From Dimorphilus gyrociliatus (taxonomy: Eukaryota; Animalia; Annelida), in the NCBI GenBank assembly GCA_904063045.1, contig CAJFCJ010000009.1:352942-416941 (forward strand): a DNA stretch of 64,000 nucleotides, in the 5' to 3' direction. The translations under genes were made by a program, and so were the position numbers. Under the pieces are notes generated by a model. That model was not told the DNA's origin. It ran no database searches and was given only the letters and a program-made list of their open reading frames with translations. Of the stretch, positions 25,847 to 38,157 are shown in pieces; position 1 is the stretch's first letter; each line of letters opens with the position of its first letter.

Positions 25847-27460
25847 CTAAAGTAGGGCGTCACGTATGGAATTAGGAAAGAATATGGCGGGATTCGCTTC
25901 TATCCTTCTCATTAATTCTTGCTCCAATTGAATTTGAAATTTAATAGTGGCTGGTACTTGAAGAGCTTCAATAGATCTTTTGAAAGGGCGTCTTATCGAA
26001 CGTCTAATTACTAGGGCACTTAAATGCCACAGGGGTTGAATGCCGAAATCAGGGTCCAAAATTTCTTCACCCTGCGGTCCTAGTAAACAAATGGGCCTTG
26101 ATGAGAATAACCAGAATAATTTCCTAGTTAATGGATTACATGACACGAGCCGTAGACTTCCTCGATATACATATCCGTACTCCATAAATATTGGTAGCAC
26201 TAAGGAGCCAAGGTCTAAGCAAGTGTAGTTGAACTTTAAACTACGCCTTACGTTACTTACATACCAATTACAGAAATAATTTCCAGCTTCATCTATTGAA
26301 ATGCCATAGAGATCCATAAATTTAACAATTGTCCGTAAACAACGGAAATAGTATAAGCTCAAATTCGTTAGATTGATCCCTGCCAGACCACTTTGCCAGT
26401 ACAGATATATTTTATAAAAGGTATCGCGCTTCTTGAAGAAACAAACAACAGATTCACAACGGAAAATATTCGATAGATCATTCTCCGTAAAGAGTTTATA
26501 TTTAAAATCTTTTTTACAATTGTACTTTCCCGATAAGAGATTATCGTACCATATAAGAATATCTGGAACCCGTTTTATCAAATAATCTATCATTTCAGTT
26601 GGTTTTTGCATAATCAAATACCAATAATCTTCTCGTCTGTAAATATCGATCAGATCTGGGCAATGCGATAATAAATAAATGAATATCGAGCTGTTTGATA
26701 GTTTGAAAGCATTCTCAGCAAGAATTTGAACTTTCCAACTTCTACTCCAAATATCTTTTTCTATGTTCATAACTATTACAAAATCGTCTAGCTTTATACC
26801 CGCTTCCGTACAACTTTGGAGGACTTTTACGCCAATATTCCGATAGTTAATTGATTCCGCTTTCGAACGGACTTTATTAAATAGACCGTTAAATATATGG
26901 ATTTTATCTCCGTTATCACTGTGGAGTATCAAGGGAAAGATAGTTAAAATCTTTTGGCAGTCCTCGCTTATTTCGAAAGAATAATTATCAATTAAATAAT
27001 TAATAATATTTGACTTTTTTACTTTTATAGCGTACAGTAGTGTACTGATAAGTAGGCTAAAATTCCACTGGAATTTACCGTCCAAGTCGAGTTTTTTAAC
27101 AAGTTTGCCTAAAGATAAATTCCATCCCCTGTTAACCAAAGCTCTTAGAATCGGCCAAATAACTCTGTTCTTATAATAAACAAACATATCAATTTTTTCA
27201 CTCATTAATGGAATCGAACTGTTGCAGGAGTCTAAATCTTCTTCTATAAGTGCAGCAGAAGTTATTAGGTGCATAGCCTCATTATTACATTCCAAATTAT
27301 CCAGAACGTAATCAAAGAAACTAGAGTCCTCGTATTTCATCTTGACAAAATGGTTAAGTAAACCGTCTGATGGATGGAAAGCCCTCCTAAACTCAATTTT
27401 CATTGGAGGCAATAGAGACAACACTGCCCTTTGTTCTACCGAATTTGTTGACGCCAACAT
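25847..27460 (-). CDS. Lineage-specific single-exon protein with C-terminal SOCS-box-like motif (~537 aa)
   Basis: Uninterrupted ORF with first ATG at 27460. C-terminus GIQPLWHLSALVIRRSIRRPFKRSIEALQVPATIKFQIQLEQ. Shares collinear motifs with 19057-20778. Confidence 0.8.
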   Translation of the reverse strand: MLASTNSVEQRAVLSLLPPMKIEFRRAFHPSDGLLNHFVKMKYEDSSFFDYVLDNLECNNEAMHLITSAALIEEDLDSCNSSIPLMSEKIDMFVYYKNRVIWPILRALVNRGWNLSLGKLVKKLDLDGKFQWNFSLLISTLLYAIKVKKSNIINYLIDNYSFEISEDCQKILTIFPLILHSDNGDKIHIFNGLFNKVRSKAESINYRNIGVKVLQSCTEAGIKLDDFVIVMNIEKDIWSRSWKVQILAENAFKLSNSSIFIYLLSHCPDLIDIYRREDYWYLIMQKPTEMIDYLIKRVPDILIWYDNLLSGKYNCKKDFKYKLFTENDLSNIFRCESVVCFFKKRDTFYKIYLYWQSGLAGINLTNLSLYYFRCLRTIVKFMDLYGISIDEAGNYFCNWYVSNVRRSLKFNYTCLDLGSLVLPIFMEYGYVYRGSLRLVSCNPLTRKLFWLFSSRPICLLGPQGEEILDPDFGIQPLWHLSALVIRRSIRRPFKRSIEALQVPATIKFQIQLEQELMRRIEANPAIFFPNSIRDALL

Positions 27461-27873
27461 AACTGTAGTATACAACTAGTAAGAGTAGGTTAAAAATAAA
27501 ATTACGCCGAATCTCTATAATTTAATATAAGCCCATAAATTATTAGGCCATTATGTATCTTTTTATGTTCGTATGACCATTTGCAAATAAATAACGTAAC
27601 AAGTATAAAAAAATAAAAAAAAAATTAAAATCGCCATCTATCGGTTGGCGGTCATATAAATTAAAGATAAAACACATAAAAAGAATAAAAGGGAAGAGAA
27701 AGGAAGAGAAAAAATCATTAAATTAAAAATTAAATATTTATTTGATAACAGAAAAACATTACGACTAGACCGATACGACCTGTCCATTTAGAAAAAAAAC
27801 AAAGAAGGCAAATAAAAAATCACTTACTCATTCTTATGAATAGAATCATAGTAGATTATATAGGATTACATTA

Positions 27874-27879
<6 letters not shown>

Positions 27880-27915
<36 letters not shown>
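27880..27915. repeat. (TA)n microsatellite
   Basis: About 18 TA units. Confidence 0.9.
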
Positions 27916-27917
<2 letters not shown>

Positions 27918-28074
27918 TCTTTTAAAAACAATTTTTTGCTCCTTCATGTTAGCACCATGGTCACAAATTGCAGGGAATAGGCTCATTTTTTGTGGAATAT
28001 AAGAAAAGAAAGAGTTTTTTCTTCTTTTTATCAACGTCATCATTTTCTTCTTATTCTCTTTCTTTATTTATATC

Positions 28075-31000
28075 TCAATTCCACGTAATATTTTCGACAG
28101 TTTTATATTTCTTTCGGTGTTTCGATACGTGGTCCTTATAAAGGAGAGGATCAATACGAACTTGAGAATTTTTGAGCGGCATATAACCAAATATTTTGGT
28201 TATATTTAACATACAACTCTGACTGTCGACGAAATCGGCTGAGCGTTCCATCATCCATGATTCGGATGGTTGCATACGTTCGTTAGCCGTAGAAATCTTA
28301 CGTTGTAAGACCTTAATTGGCGGACGTTTTGTTACGTGACTAACGAGAAAGTTCATGAGTATATGTGTACAATGTGGAGCAGTAGAGACAATGTTGAACA
28401 GCGGTGTATGGAGCGAATGAGTATAAAGATAATTATAATATCTGTCAGGAAATTATTTATTTAGTTAATAAACCTTGATGTCAGTATTTAATCAAGTTAA
28501 TTTTACTTATGATAAAATGAAGCGTAGGTTAGCACCATTGAGAAGTGATGTTTTTGAGCCGATGAGTACATCCACTGTTCCCTGGCCTCATGCCAATAAT
28601 GACTTCGAGCCGGATAGCCAACGATCCGATCGGGAAACTCTTGCCAGACGGAGAATGCAAAATCGATCTGTTTAACAATAAGACGACAGTGATGCACGAC
28701 GTCGTAAAGCGTAATAAAGAAAAAAACCTCGTCCGTTATCAATAAGGCATCTTCGTCTAAACTCAACACAGCGTCCGTGTCGATTTCTTCGTGTGGGTAG
28801 AAGCGTTCGTTAACGTGCTGAAAAAGCGTCACGAATATCTCGTTTAATACAAATTACTCGCAGCCCGACTCCCACCAGAAGTATTGTTATGTTAAGACAG
28901 ACTAGGGTTGGCCGAAGCTGTCTACTAAATCAATAATTGAGATAAACAGTAAATTAAAAGGCAATATATCACCGCCTAACGAAATTTTTCACCGTTAAAT
29001 AAAAGATAAATATGTAACTCTATAAAAAATTTTCATATAACATATAATTTACAAACAATAGGTCAATAGAACTTTGAACCTCTCTAGGCAAAGTCTTTTG
29101 AAAAGCTCATTACAGCAAAATCGATTTCTTTCTTTCTCAAATATATCTGTTTCTATATGGATCAATTTCGGTATGGGTCATCCTATATCTTTAATTTACA
29201 TATGTTTTCCATTTGTCAACAATTTTTCTATATAAATTATATAATAAATATTACATATGTTCTCCTAATGCACAAAAACTTGAAGAGAAATGAGAGAGAG
29301 AGAGAGAGAGAGGAAAAGGGATATGAATAAATAGAAAAAAATTATGTGCTGTAGAACAATTTTATTTCTCTTTGTATTGTTACGAAGCCATACAGTAGGA
29401 AGTTTAAATAATTTATATATAACTAGTTAAATTAGCAGAGGAGGAAAAAGAACAGCCTTGTGTGTAAATTTAGTAGAGCGTATAAAAACAACAGCGATCT
29501 AAAAACTGGATTTAAAGAATTTTATCTAATTATTTAACTACCGTTTTTTGTGAATACTTGATGAGCATAATATATTAGTATATACAATTATATAGATAAA
29601 TATATAGAAAAATGTATATATATATATACTTTGTGCTAGTATATATTTATTTATTTATTTATTTACACTTAAACTAGTTTATAAAACCTAGATGGATTAT
29701 TATAAATAAACAATAAGCTTTTAATTTGAGCTTAAAAAAACAAAATACTTTCAGTCAGATTATTAGAAAAAAGACTTTTAAATCTAGATATTCAGTTCTT
29801 AAATAACTTTTATAGAAAATTTTTAAAATTTACGTAAATTATTTGCATATTAGATGGGAAAATATTCCCTGGCGCATCAATGAGAAGCACTGATTTCTCT
29901 TCATTTAATCTAGATTATATTAGTTCTTTTTAGTCTATTTTCTCTTTTCTTTAAAAAGTCTTTTATAGTTGCTCTAGAAATTTTTATCTTGTTCACGTCG
30001 TTATAAGATGGAAATACAGGCTTTTTTCTATATAAACACTATTGATAGACCATAGAGAAAGTGGGAGCTAGAAAGAAAAGAGAGAGAGAGAGAGAGAGAG
30101 AAGGAATTACTATAGAAGAAAAATTACGTATAGTATGAAAAAGAGAGGACTCTTTTCGATTTTTATTCTTGTATGAATTATTTCTCTATTATCATCGCTA
30201 AATTCCAATACTGTCTAAATCTAGGTAGACAACATTCGCAAAGTAACACGCGTATAAAGTATTTATAGGAAAAAAAGAGAGTATGGCTCGAGTAAGAAAA
30301 TCGTTGAAATTATCTACTATAAAGTTTTTTAGACGTATCGTATGTAAAAGACGAAATTAAAAATATCTACAATATACACAAAGAAGACTTTACTTACGTT
30401 GATTACTTTGAGAATTATATTAGCTTTTACGTTTGCAAAGTTCCTACGTAATCGAAATGGAGCCGTACTCTTGTTCCATAGTAATAAAATCTAAAAAGAA
30501 AATTATTAATGGTCCAAACCGTATTTTATTCTATCTCTTATAAAAAGAAATATTTTTTCAATAGTGATCTTACTTTGGTTAAATGCGTTGACTTTGATAA
30601 GCGTTTTATAAGTCTGATTAATGGCGAAACACTTGATTGCTCCGATGAAACGTATATGACTGCTGTAAAATTTTTGGTCGAATGGAGGCGTAAACGTCGC
30701 CTAAAAAAAGGATAGTCCTTTAGAGATTCTGAAAAATCGGGAAGTGTGGCCAAAGCTCCCGGAGCGACATTCCAAACCCACTTGGAACGTGTTGCCGCTT
30801 GCGTGTCAATACGTTCCTTTATTATCTGGCAGGGTGGAGAGAAAAAAAAACGAGGCTAATTTCGCGAACATGAAACCGAATAGTAAAAATCAACCTCTAG
30901 CGTCGTCATGACGATCTTGTCGACAGATGAGAAATAAGTGCTCCACAAGAACTGTGTCTGTTGCCGCATTTCGAGAATTTTCCAATGTGGAATAGACCTA

Positions 31001-34000
31001 ACTATATCGGGTACCTGTCATAAAAAAAAGTCCACAATAAATACAAGTTTTAATAAAAGAACAAGGAACAAGGGGTAATGGCCGGAGTGATAGATGGAAA
31101 GAAGGTGGAATCGTCTCTATAAATCCCATTCTAGTCCATCACCTTTGGGAATTCTCTTACTGGGTCATCGACTTTTATTGTAAAAATTGACAGGCATATT
31201 AACAAACCACAACCATTTTTTTTTCGATTTAGAATTATTAGGAAATTTGATTTGAAACGAATAAAAGAAACGGATTGGATTGGAGCGGAAATACGGCGAC
31301 TCGCCGAAATTGGGGTAACGCTTAAACGAAACGCAACAACGGGTTGGAGAATTGATTCTGTTCGCCGAAGGGAATCAAACTGTGAAATAATGTTTGTCAA
31401 ACGTACGATCTGGCTCTGCGTTCCTATTCACTTGGAAAAGTCGCTTTTTACACTCGGCCAATTAGTTCATGGTCCATAGAATGGATAAAATGAAAGAAAC
31501 AAAAAAAAAACTTTCATCTTAACTTACTTGCAGTAGTAATCTCTCGTCCCCCCAAACAACTGCCTTCTTCCATTCAATCACCTCAGAAAAGGGTAAAACC
31601 CAACCGTTGCTGAGAAGAACTGGTATGCAGCCAGCTTCCAAAGCTTCAAGAAACCGATAAGAGCCGAGCCGACGACCCCGAGGGACCAGGCAGAAAGTTG
31701 AGTTAATAAGTAGAGTTTTGTAGTCCCATCTGTTATGGTGGTCACCATGAATGATAAATTCGAACAAATGCCTACTTGACTTAAGAAAAATACGGCGCTC
31801 TTTAGTACTTTCCCAAACAGCTTAGCTAACATACTCAAAAAATTATCAGAAAGAAGTACAATTAAAGAGACGCTAAAGATAATCCGCAAAATAAGAAAGA
31901 CAATTGTTTAAACTGTATAAATTTACACAAGACAGTTTAAGAAATATTGTCGACCACTTGGTTGGTTGAATAATAGTCATATTCGTGTCTTTTTGCATCT
32001 TTGTTCTCATCACGTTTAACATCAAAGTCGAATAATAATCATACGGAACGAAGCTTTTTACACGACTCCAAAACCTATCATTATATTCCAGTGTTATTAC
32101 GTTGACTCTTTCCTTTTCTCTTTTTGAAGTGAACACAAATATTCTCGAATTTACCTTTTTTTTAATACAAGAATGAGTTAAATTACTCCTTTTTATGCAT
32201 TCTTTTATTATTATTTAAGTTATTACTATTACTTTGAAAGCTTTACTTTTGTCAAGGTAAAGTTTGTTTATATACAAATTATATTGTTATTTTAGAAATA
32301 TAGCGCGGAAGTAAAAATAAATAAATAAGTAAATAGCTAAAATACACTGATATATACTGTATATATACAGTTTAAAGAGCGAAAATTAACTAAAGCCTTA
32401 AGCTATTATATCTCAGATGGACGAGCAACAATCAAGATGAAAAAATGACGAAAAAGTCGATTCTAACATCAGAGACGTTCGATAATCACTTCCTAACAGA
32501 CCTGTCACTAATCGTCGCTTTCCATCGATCAGAAACATTGATAAATCAACGAAAGGAATGAAAAATGGCTAAGGTCTAGTAAATAGCACGCGAGAAACTC
32601 GTCGGACGGGGAAGGTTGTCCGTGACTTAATGGACGCTTGAGAAGGGCTACAGATGCCTATACGCAGCAGCAATCGTATAAAGAAGGTATTTACGGTCCG
32701 TGGCTCTAATCAACTTTACCAACTTGATTTAGCATTCGAAAAGGGGGAGTCGTTGGAGCGCAGAAGGCGACGTGACAGGCAAAGGAGTTCGACTAGTTAG
32801 AACTTTTTTTAATTAGTTCGCGGAGGCTGTTATACGGGAAAAGAGATAAAGAAACCCGAACCGTTGATTGATTGACGCGTCCGCCTACTTTACACTATCA
32901 TTCCATCACTTAGCTTTACATAAAAGACTGTCTTTGGTTTGTATAAACATTCTATCGCCATTCTTCACCGGCACGCCGTCTAATTAGTGGAGAAAATCTC
33001 GAGCGTGACTAGCCGTCTCGACATCGATATGATACGTTAGAATTGTGGGCGTAAACCAATCGATAGATTCCAGTCCTTTCGACATTATCGAACATTTTTT
33101 GTCTCCTGTGATTTACACATTAAATCTAATCTACTTATCATATTTGGCAAAATGAGAATTAAGCTATGCTCGACTCGTTTTGTCGGACGCAAATGATATA
33201 TTACCACTAGCATACACTCCACACCTACCACCCCTCCCAAACCACTCTTATAAGCGGCAAACTGCAACATTAAACACGAAGAATGAAGACAAACAGATGT
33301 TTGAGCCTTTTGCAATACGATGCCTACGAGGCATGTTTCACGGATTTATCTCTCTGGCCGCTTCCGGTGTGGGCACTCGGACGCTTCACAAAAACAAAAC
33401 CATCCTTTCTCTTTTTATTGAAAGGATCTTTTGAAAGTTTCAAAATTAATCAAAAGGGCAAGAGAAAGAAACTCGATTGCAACTACCCAAATCTAGCATT
33501 ATAAAAGGCTTACTTGTCGTATTCAATGTTATCCTCTTCACATCTTTCATCCATCTTATTTTGCCATCCTTTACCGTGTTTACACGTAGTTAAGAGTATC
33601 ATATCCTTGCCGTTATGTATATGATACAGAGTATTTCTTGTTTCTGAGCCTATACCAGTTAGATATCGTTTACCTTTAAATACCAACTTTAAGCTTCGTA
33701 AAGCAGGAACTGTATTAGCCCTTAACAATCCATTACTACCGCCTTTTTGAGCATGCTCTTTGTGGAAGAGAGGAAGAGAAACATCAAATCCTTGTCGAAA
33801 AAAGTCCTCGGATATTGACGCTTTTGCAAGTATGGCCTTCCCATAATTGAAATCTAATCGTTCGATATAATCTGACCAACTCCCACTATATAGGTTAAAA
33901 ATAATATGATTTTTTCCTTCATTCCATAAATCGAGAGCTCGTATTTTCGATTGAACGTTGCTGACATAAAGATTACTAAGTTTATCTCGATCGAGCGTGT

Positions 34001-34421
34001 CGATAGACAAGACGAATAGGCAAGCTTCCTTGGGATCTTGCGTATAGTACCGGGATTCTTTAATCGATGTTAGTATTGCTTCGTAGATCGACTTTTGTTG
34101 GTCCTCAACTATATCTTCGTCATTCTGGGATTCCTGTCCTTCCGAAGGATAAACGTAAACTTTGAAAGCATTTCGGCACTTGGAGTAGTCGAAACAACTT
34201 TCCATACTGCATAATCGACCAGGAGAAACCTTTCTTTCCGACCAGTAAGTCTCCAAGTCATGGTGATCAAGAAAAGATTGTAATTCCTTTTTAACTGAAA
34301 ATTGAGCAGACGAATTCTCCCATTTCGGTAGGACGAAGAGCAGTAATAGACAGACTATTAAGCAAGCAGTTAGCGCTAGATAGCGTTGAATAGCCCGCAT
34401 CCGACGATGAGTTACTTTCAA
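28075..34421 (-). CDS. EXT1: Exostosin-1 (tout-velu), heparan sulfate polymerase subunit
   Basis: N-terminal TM anchor; [43 protein letters not shown] (GT47); [31 protein letters not shown] (GT64). Exons near 34421-33514, 31731-31528, 31013-30895, 30826-30572, 30487-30396, 28820-28515, 28433-28075. Confidence 0.95.
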
Positions 34422-35597
34422 GCCATGTGGTCAACATTTAACTACTCCTTTTGTTTATTGCTTTTTAAAAAATCGGCTTTTGCGCTTAGCAATCAGTTTT
34501 TCCTCATGCTGCGCGCCATTTTGATTATCTTTGTCGTCTGCTCTTTCGACTTTAATGCCATCTGTAGTCTTTGAGACTAGGCCTAAGAGAGACGCAGTTC
34601 AACCTCAGTGGTGTTTCATGTATTAATGTTTACTTTGTATATGCCAAAACCAACATAAACTCAGAATTATCTTAATCGAGAATAAATAAAAACATACGCG
34701 ATATCCAGCCCAAAATAACTGTAATTTACTGCTGCACAGCTGCAACTGTAGCCTTATCTCGTTTTCATGAGAATAAACGTCAGTTTTACTGAAGTGTTAT
34801 ATTTTTCTAGCTTTTGGTTTAAATTCCAAACAGATCCCTTTGGAAATTTTAGCAGGGCGGAGCTTTAGTTTTATACAAAACAAATAACAAAGTACATATC
34901 ATGTTTCACCATATTTCATATTCCTAATAAACAGCTATATTCGTGTTATATTGCGCTGCGAAATATTTATAGGATTTTTTATAGAACATATATAATTTGA
35001 AGCACTGCATTTATAAGTAGTCCTTTTTATCATAAGTATTATGATTTTTCCATCGATCTTTTTATAATAAAAGAGAAAGAGAGTTTTACATTGTTAAACA
35101 ATGGGTCTCAGGTACAAATAATACAGCTAATACAATCAAAATCTTATTAATTCTCCTTATCTCTAATTAGATAGATAACAAAAGCGCTTAAGGATAAGTT
35201 TTCAACAAGGGTATTTTGATGCAAAGTTCTTGATTTGGGATTGCTTAAGCGTCTGCTATGAAGAATATTTCGTAAATGTACCGCGAAGCGGAAGTCACGC
35301 TTTAAAACATCATGTAAATTTTAATACAAAATTATGTACACAAAAACTTTTGTATTATGAAATTTTTTCATAGTAATTATTGCTTTAAAATAATTATTTC
35401 GCCCAAAGAAATCCATTATTACAATAATATCTATTCTAGCGCCATCTATACTATAATTAAAATCACATTCTAATCAAAAAGTCGTTTTTCGCTCTCTTTC
35501 TACGTTCCGCGCTCACCAAACGTTCCCGTTATTTAACGTTGTCAATGGTTGAATGAATATCATGAGAAAAATCAAATAATTTGCTCGGTGTGAAACC

Positions 35598-37991
35598 ATG
35601 CCAGGTGGAGAACCTCTGCTAAATCTACCATGCGATTGTCGAAGTTGGTACAAAATCGTCAAGTGTTTGGACGCCTTCAACGATTGTACGTCGACTGCAG
35701 ATCTGCACGCTTCTCTCAGGCAACTCTACCGATCAAGCGAGATTCAATTAAGTGAACGACGATATTTAAAGCAATTTGAAGGTCTTATCTATTTCCTTGA
35801 TGAAATTGCTTCTGAAAATGAACGTATGACTTTCTATAACGTTCTTTTACCAATAATCGCCAGAAGAACAGCTTGCATGGCTTGTGTCCAAAGGCCTTCA
35901 CCATTCAGGAATAAATTCTCCTTTGTTCTTAGGAGAATTGAGCTATCCGATGACCTTGTTGCTTCATTAGTGTGTGCCAGTTTCCTAGGAATTCTTCCAC
36001 CAAATAATCCAAAGATAAGTCCAAACATATCATCGTCTTTCCGTTATTTGCAAGGAAAGGACGGAAACTTCTTTGTGGCAAACCTGCGTTATCTCTTTTC
36101 CTTTATTGAATCTCTGACGGAAGAAAAATCACCGTCCAGTATTGTGTATACACGAATCGGTTTAAGGAAGAAAGGGGACTTGAACGATTGGATAAAATGT
36201 TCCTTACCGCTATGTCAATTAAGCGTCCATTCCGTATCGCCACCTGGTCACGCACTAATGCATATAGCTACAAAAGAATGCATGCCACATTTGGCTGTTA
36301 TCACTAATTTATTATATGACAAACTGGCAACTTCTGCCAGAGAAGAAACTGTCGATGTTATTCAAACCCTTGGTGATAAACGAGATGTTTTTGTTCTTCT
36401 CGATAATCATAAAGAAGCCTTTTTAAATCATTTAGAAAAGAATTTTCTGTTAACTACTCAAAAGGGGCCTGTTAGTCATCATGTCATTAACCGGTCGTTG
36501 TCACCATCAGCAATTAATTTAGAACAAAAATTTATTCATTTAGATGCTTTTGCCGGAGACATCGCCCAAAGAGCTGTCTTCGAAGGGACATTGGAAGCGC
36601 AAAATATAATATTTGAAGCTTATAATTTATACATAGCTAGACGCTCTTCATGCAGATCATCAACAGATTCTACGTCGAGTTCAGGGACAAAACCGAGCCA
36701 AGGAAATAGGTCTAGTACATCGTCAATTGATTTCAAATTTTTAACTAACCGTCGAACTAGTGCTGAAACGTCATCTGATTTAGAGTTTCGCAGAAGAAAT
36801 TCTGCCTCATCTAGAACGAGCATTGAATCAACTGATTATGAAATTAGACGTCAGAGTTCTAGGATTAGTTGCGATTTTCCAGCGGAAGTAATTAAGGAAG
36901 AAATGGAACTGCGTCGAACAGTCAGCTCTAATCGCACTGACAACGAGAAGTTGTTTAAGCATAGTGTAAGCAGTTTGGTAGATGATATGTTAAGCGGTGC
37001 AATGGAAGTGCACAAATTATCAACTGATGATGAAAAGTCCGTTATTATACCTTTCAGAAAGTGTTCCCCACGATTAAGAAGACCTAAACAGGTAACATTT
37101 GAGAGACAATTACGGGATTTTTGTTCTGATTTGGTAAAAAGAAGTATGCTGTCAGCAAGAGCCGAATTAGAAATTGAATTCCGCCCAAATTATTTGCTAT
37201 ACTTTGCTGATATGTTCGTAAAGCGGGTTCTTGATGACGCTGTAGACAAATCCCAACAAGCTCCTGACAGAACGTTGAGTGACTTTCATTCTATGCTCGT
37301 TTCAAGTGCTCCATCACCATCTCCAAGTCTCATTTCACCAGTTGCTGAAAGCGTTCCTCTCCAATTGGAACCTATAATTCCATACCGAACTATTAAATTA
37401 AGGAGGCGCTCGATGGAGACGTTGCTCTCTGAGAAGTGGCAAATGTCACCTGGGAGAAGAAGACGATGGAGGAGCGTAAGTTCAGGTCAAATAAGTTGGT
37501 ATGTTCAGGATCTGTTAGTAGAATCCTTTGACGCAGCCTTTATAGAGTTGTTTGGTTCCGATTGGGATAGAACTTCAACGGATGTCTATAGGAGGGAAGT
37601 TGAAAGCTGGAGTACTGCATTCACTAAAGATATTCTAGGCGATGCTCTAAAGAGTGTTTATGTGATGCTAGCTAAAGAGCCATCAAGTAAGGAAGCTTAT
37701 ATTGAAAATTTTTCAAACCTAGTCTATCATGATGCCCTATCTAAAATCGTTCGTAATTCGAATGAGTCTTTACGCATGCGCAGGATTGTTCTACATTCTA
37801 GACGAGAGGAAGAATCTATGCGAACCCTTTTGGAATGGGCAGCAGCCTCTAGAGCAGGGGTGTCCATTTGCTATTTGACTTGCTCTAGACATTTATCATC
37901 GAAGATTCGAATTTGGCAAAAGAAATTCGCAAATTGGACTGTTGGACAGTTGGTTTGCTATTTGGCTCAGATAGAATGTTTCGATGACTAG
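35598..37991 (+). CDS. PARG-like protein lacking the catalytic GGG-x-QEE motif, with a large Ser/Arg-rich insertion (797 aa, single exon)
   Basis: N-terminus FEGLIYFLDE...LLPIIA...LVASLVCASFLGILP and C-terminus LLEWAAASRAG...WTVGQL resemble the PARG accessory domain and C-terminal helices. Family assignment is by recall. Confidence 0.7.
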   Translation: MPGGEPLLNLPCDCRSWYKIVKCLDAFNDCTSTADLHASLRQLYRSSEIQLSERRYLKQFEGLIYFLDEIASENERMTFYNVLLPIIARRTACMACVQRPSPFRNKFSFVLRRIELSDDLVASLVCASFLGILPPNNPKISPNISSSFRYLQGKDGNFFVANLRYLFSFIESLTEEKSPSSIVYTRIGLRKKGDLNDWIKCSLPLCQLSVHSVSPPGHALMHIATKECMPHLAVITNLLYDKLATSAREETVDVIQTLGDKRDVFVLLDNHKEAFLNHLEKNFLLTTQKGPVSHHVINRSLSPSAINLEQKFIHLDAFAGDIAQRAVFEGTLEAQNIIFEAYNLYIARRSSCRSSTDSTSSSGTKPSQGNRSSTSSIDFKFLTNRRTSAETSSDLEFRRRNSASSRTSIESTDYEIRRQSSRISCDFPAEVIKEEMELRRTVSSNRTDNEKLFKHSVSSLVDDMLSGAMEVHKLSTDDEKSVIIPFRKCSPRLRRPKQVTFERQLRDFCSDLVKRSMLSARAELEIEFRPNYLLYFADMFVKRVLDDAVDKSQQAPDRTLSDFHSMLVSSAPSPSPSLISPVAESVPLQLEPIIPYRTIKLRRRSMETLLSEKWQMSPGRRRRWRSVSSGQISWYVQDLLVESFDAAFIELFGSDWDRTSTDVYRREVESWSTAFTKDILGDALKSVYVMLAKEPSSKEAYIENFSNLVYHDALSKIVRNSNESLRMRRIVLHSRREEESMRTLLEWAAASRAGVSICYLTCSRHLSSKIRIWQKKFANWTVGQLVCYLAQIECFDD

Positions 37992-38157
37992 AAGAATATT
38001 AATTAAAAACAAAGGGAAAAAACAGTATTTTTTCAATGTGATGCCAAGTTTTTTGTCTTTCGTTCTCTTGTATTTGTTGGGCTTTTTGTTTTCTCTTTGG
38101 ATAAAAGTTGTAAAGTGAATTGCAAGTAAATTTAAAGGTACTCTTTAAAGTAAATAT

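Noticed and set aside
31131-33504. Short ORFs in EXT1 introns (31252-31479, 31873-32136, 33085-33315, 33180-33434, 33283-33504)
   Set aside because: No recognisable domains or splice-compatible structure, and lengths are expected by chance.
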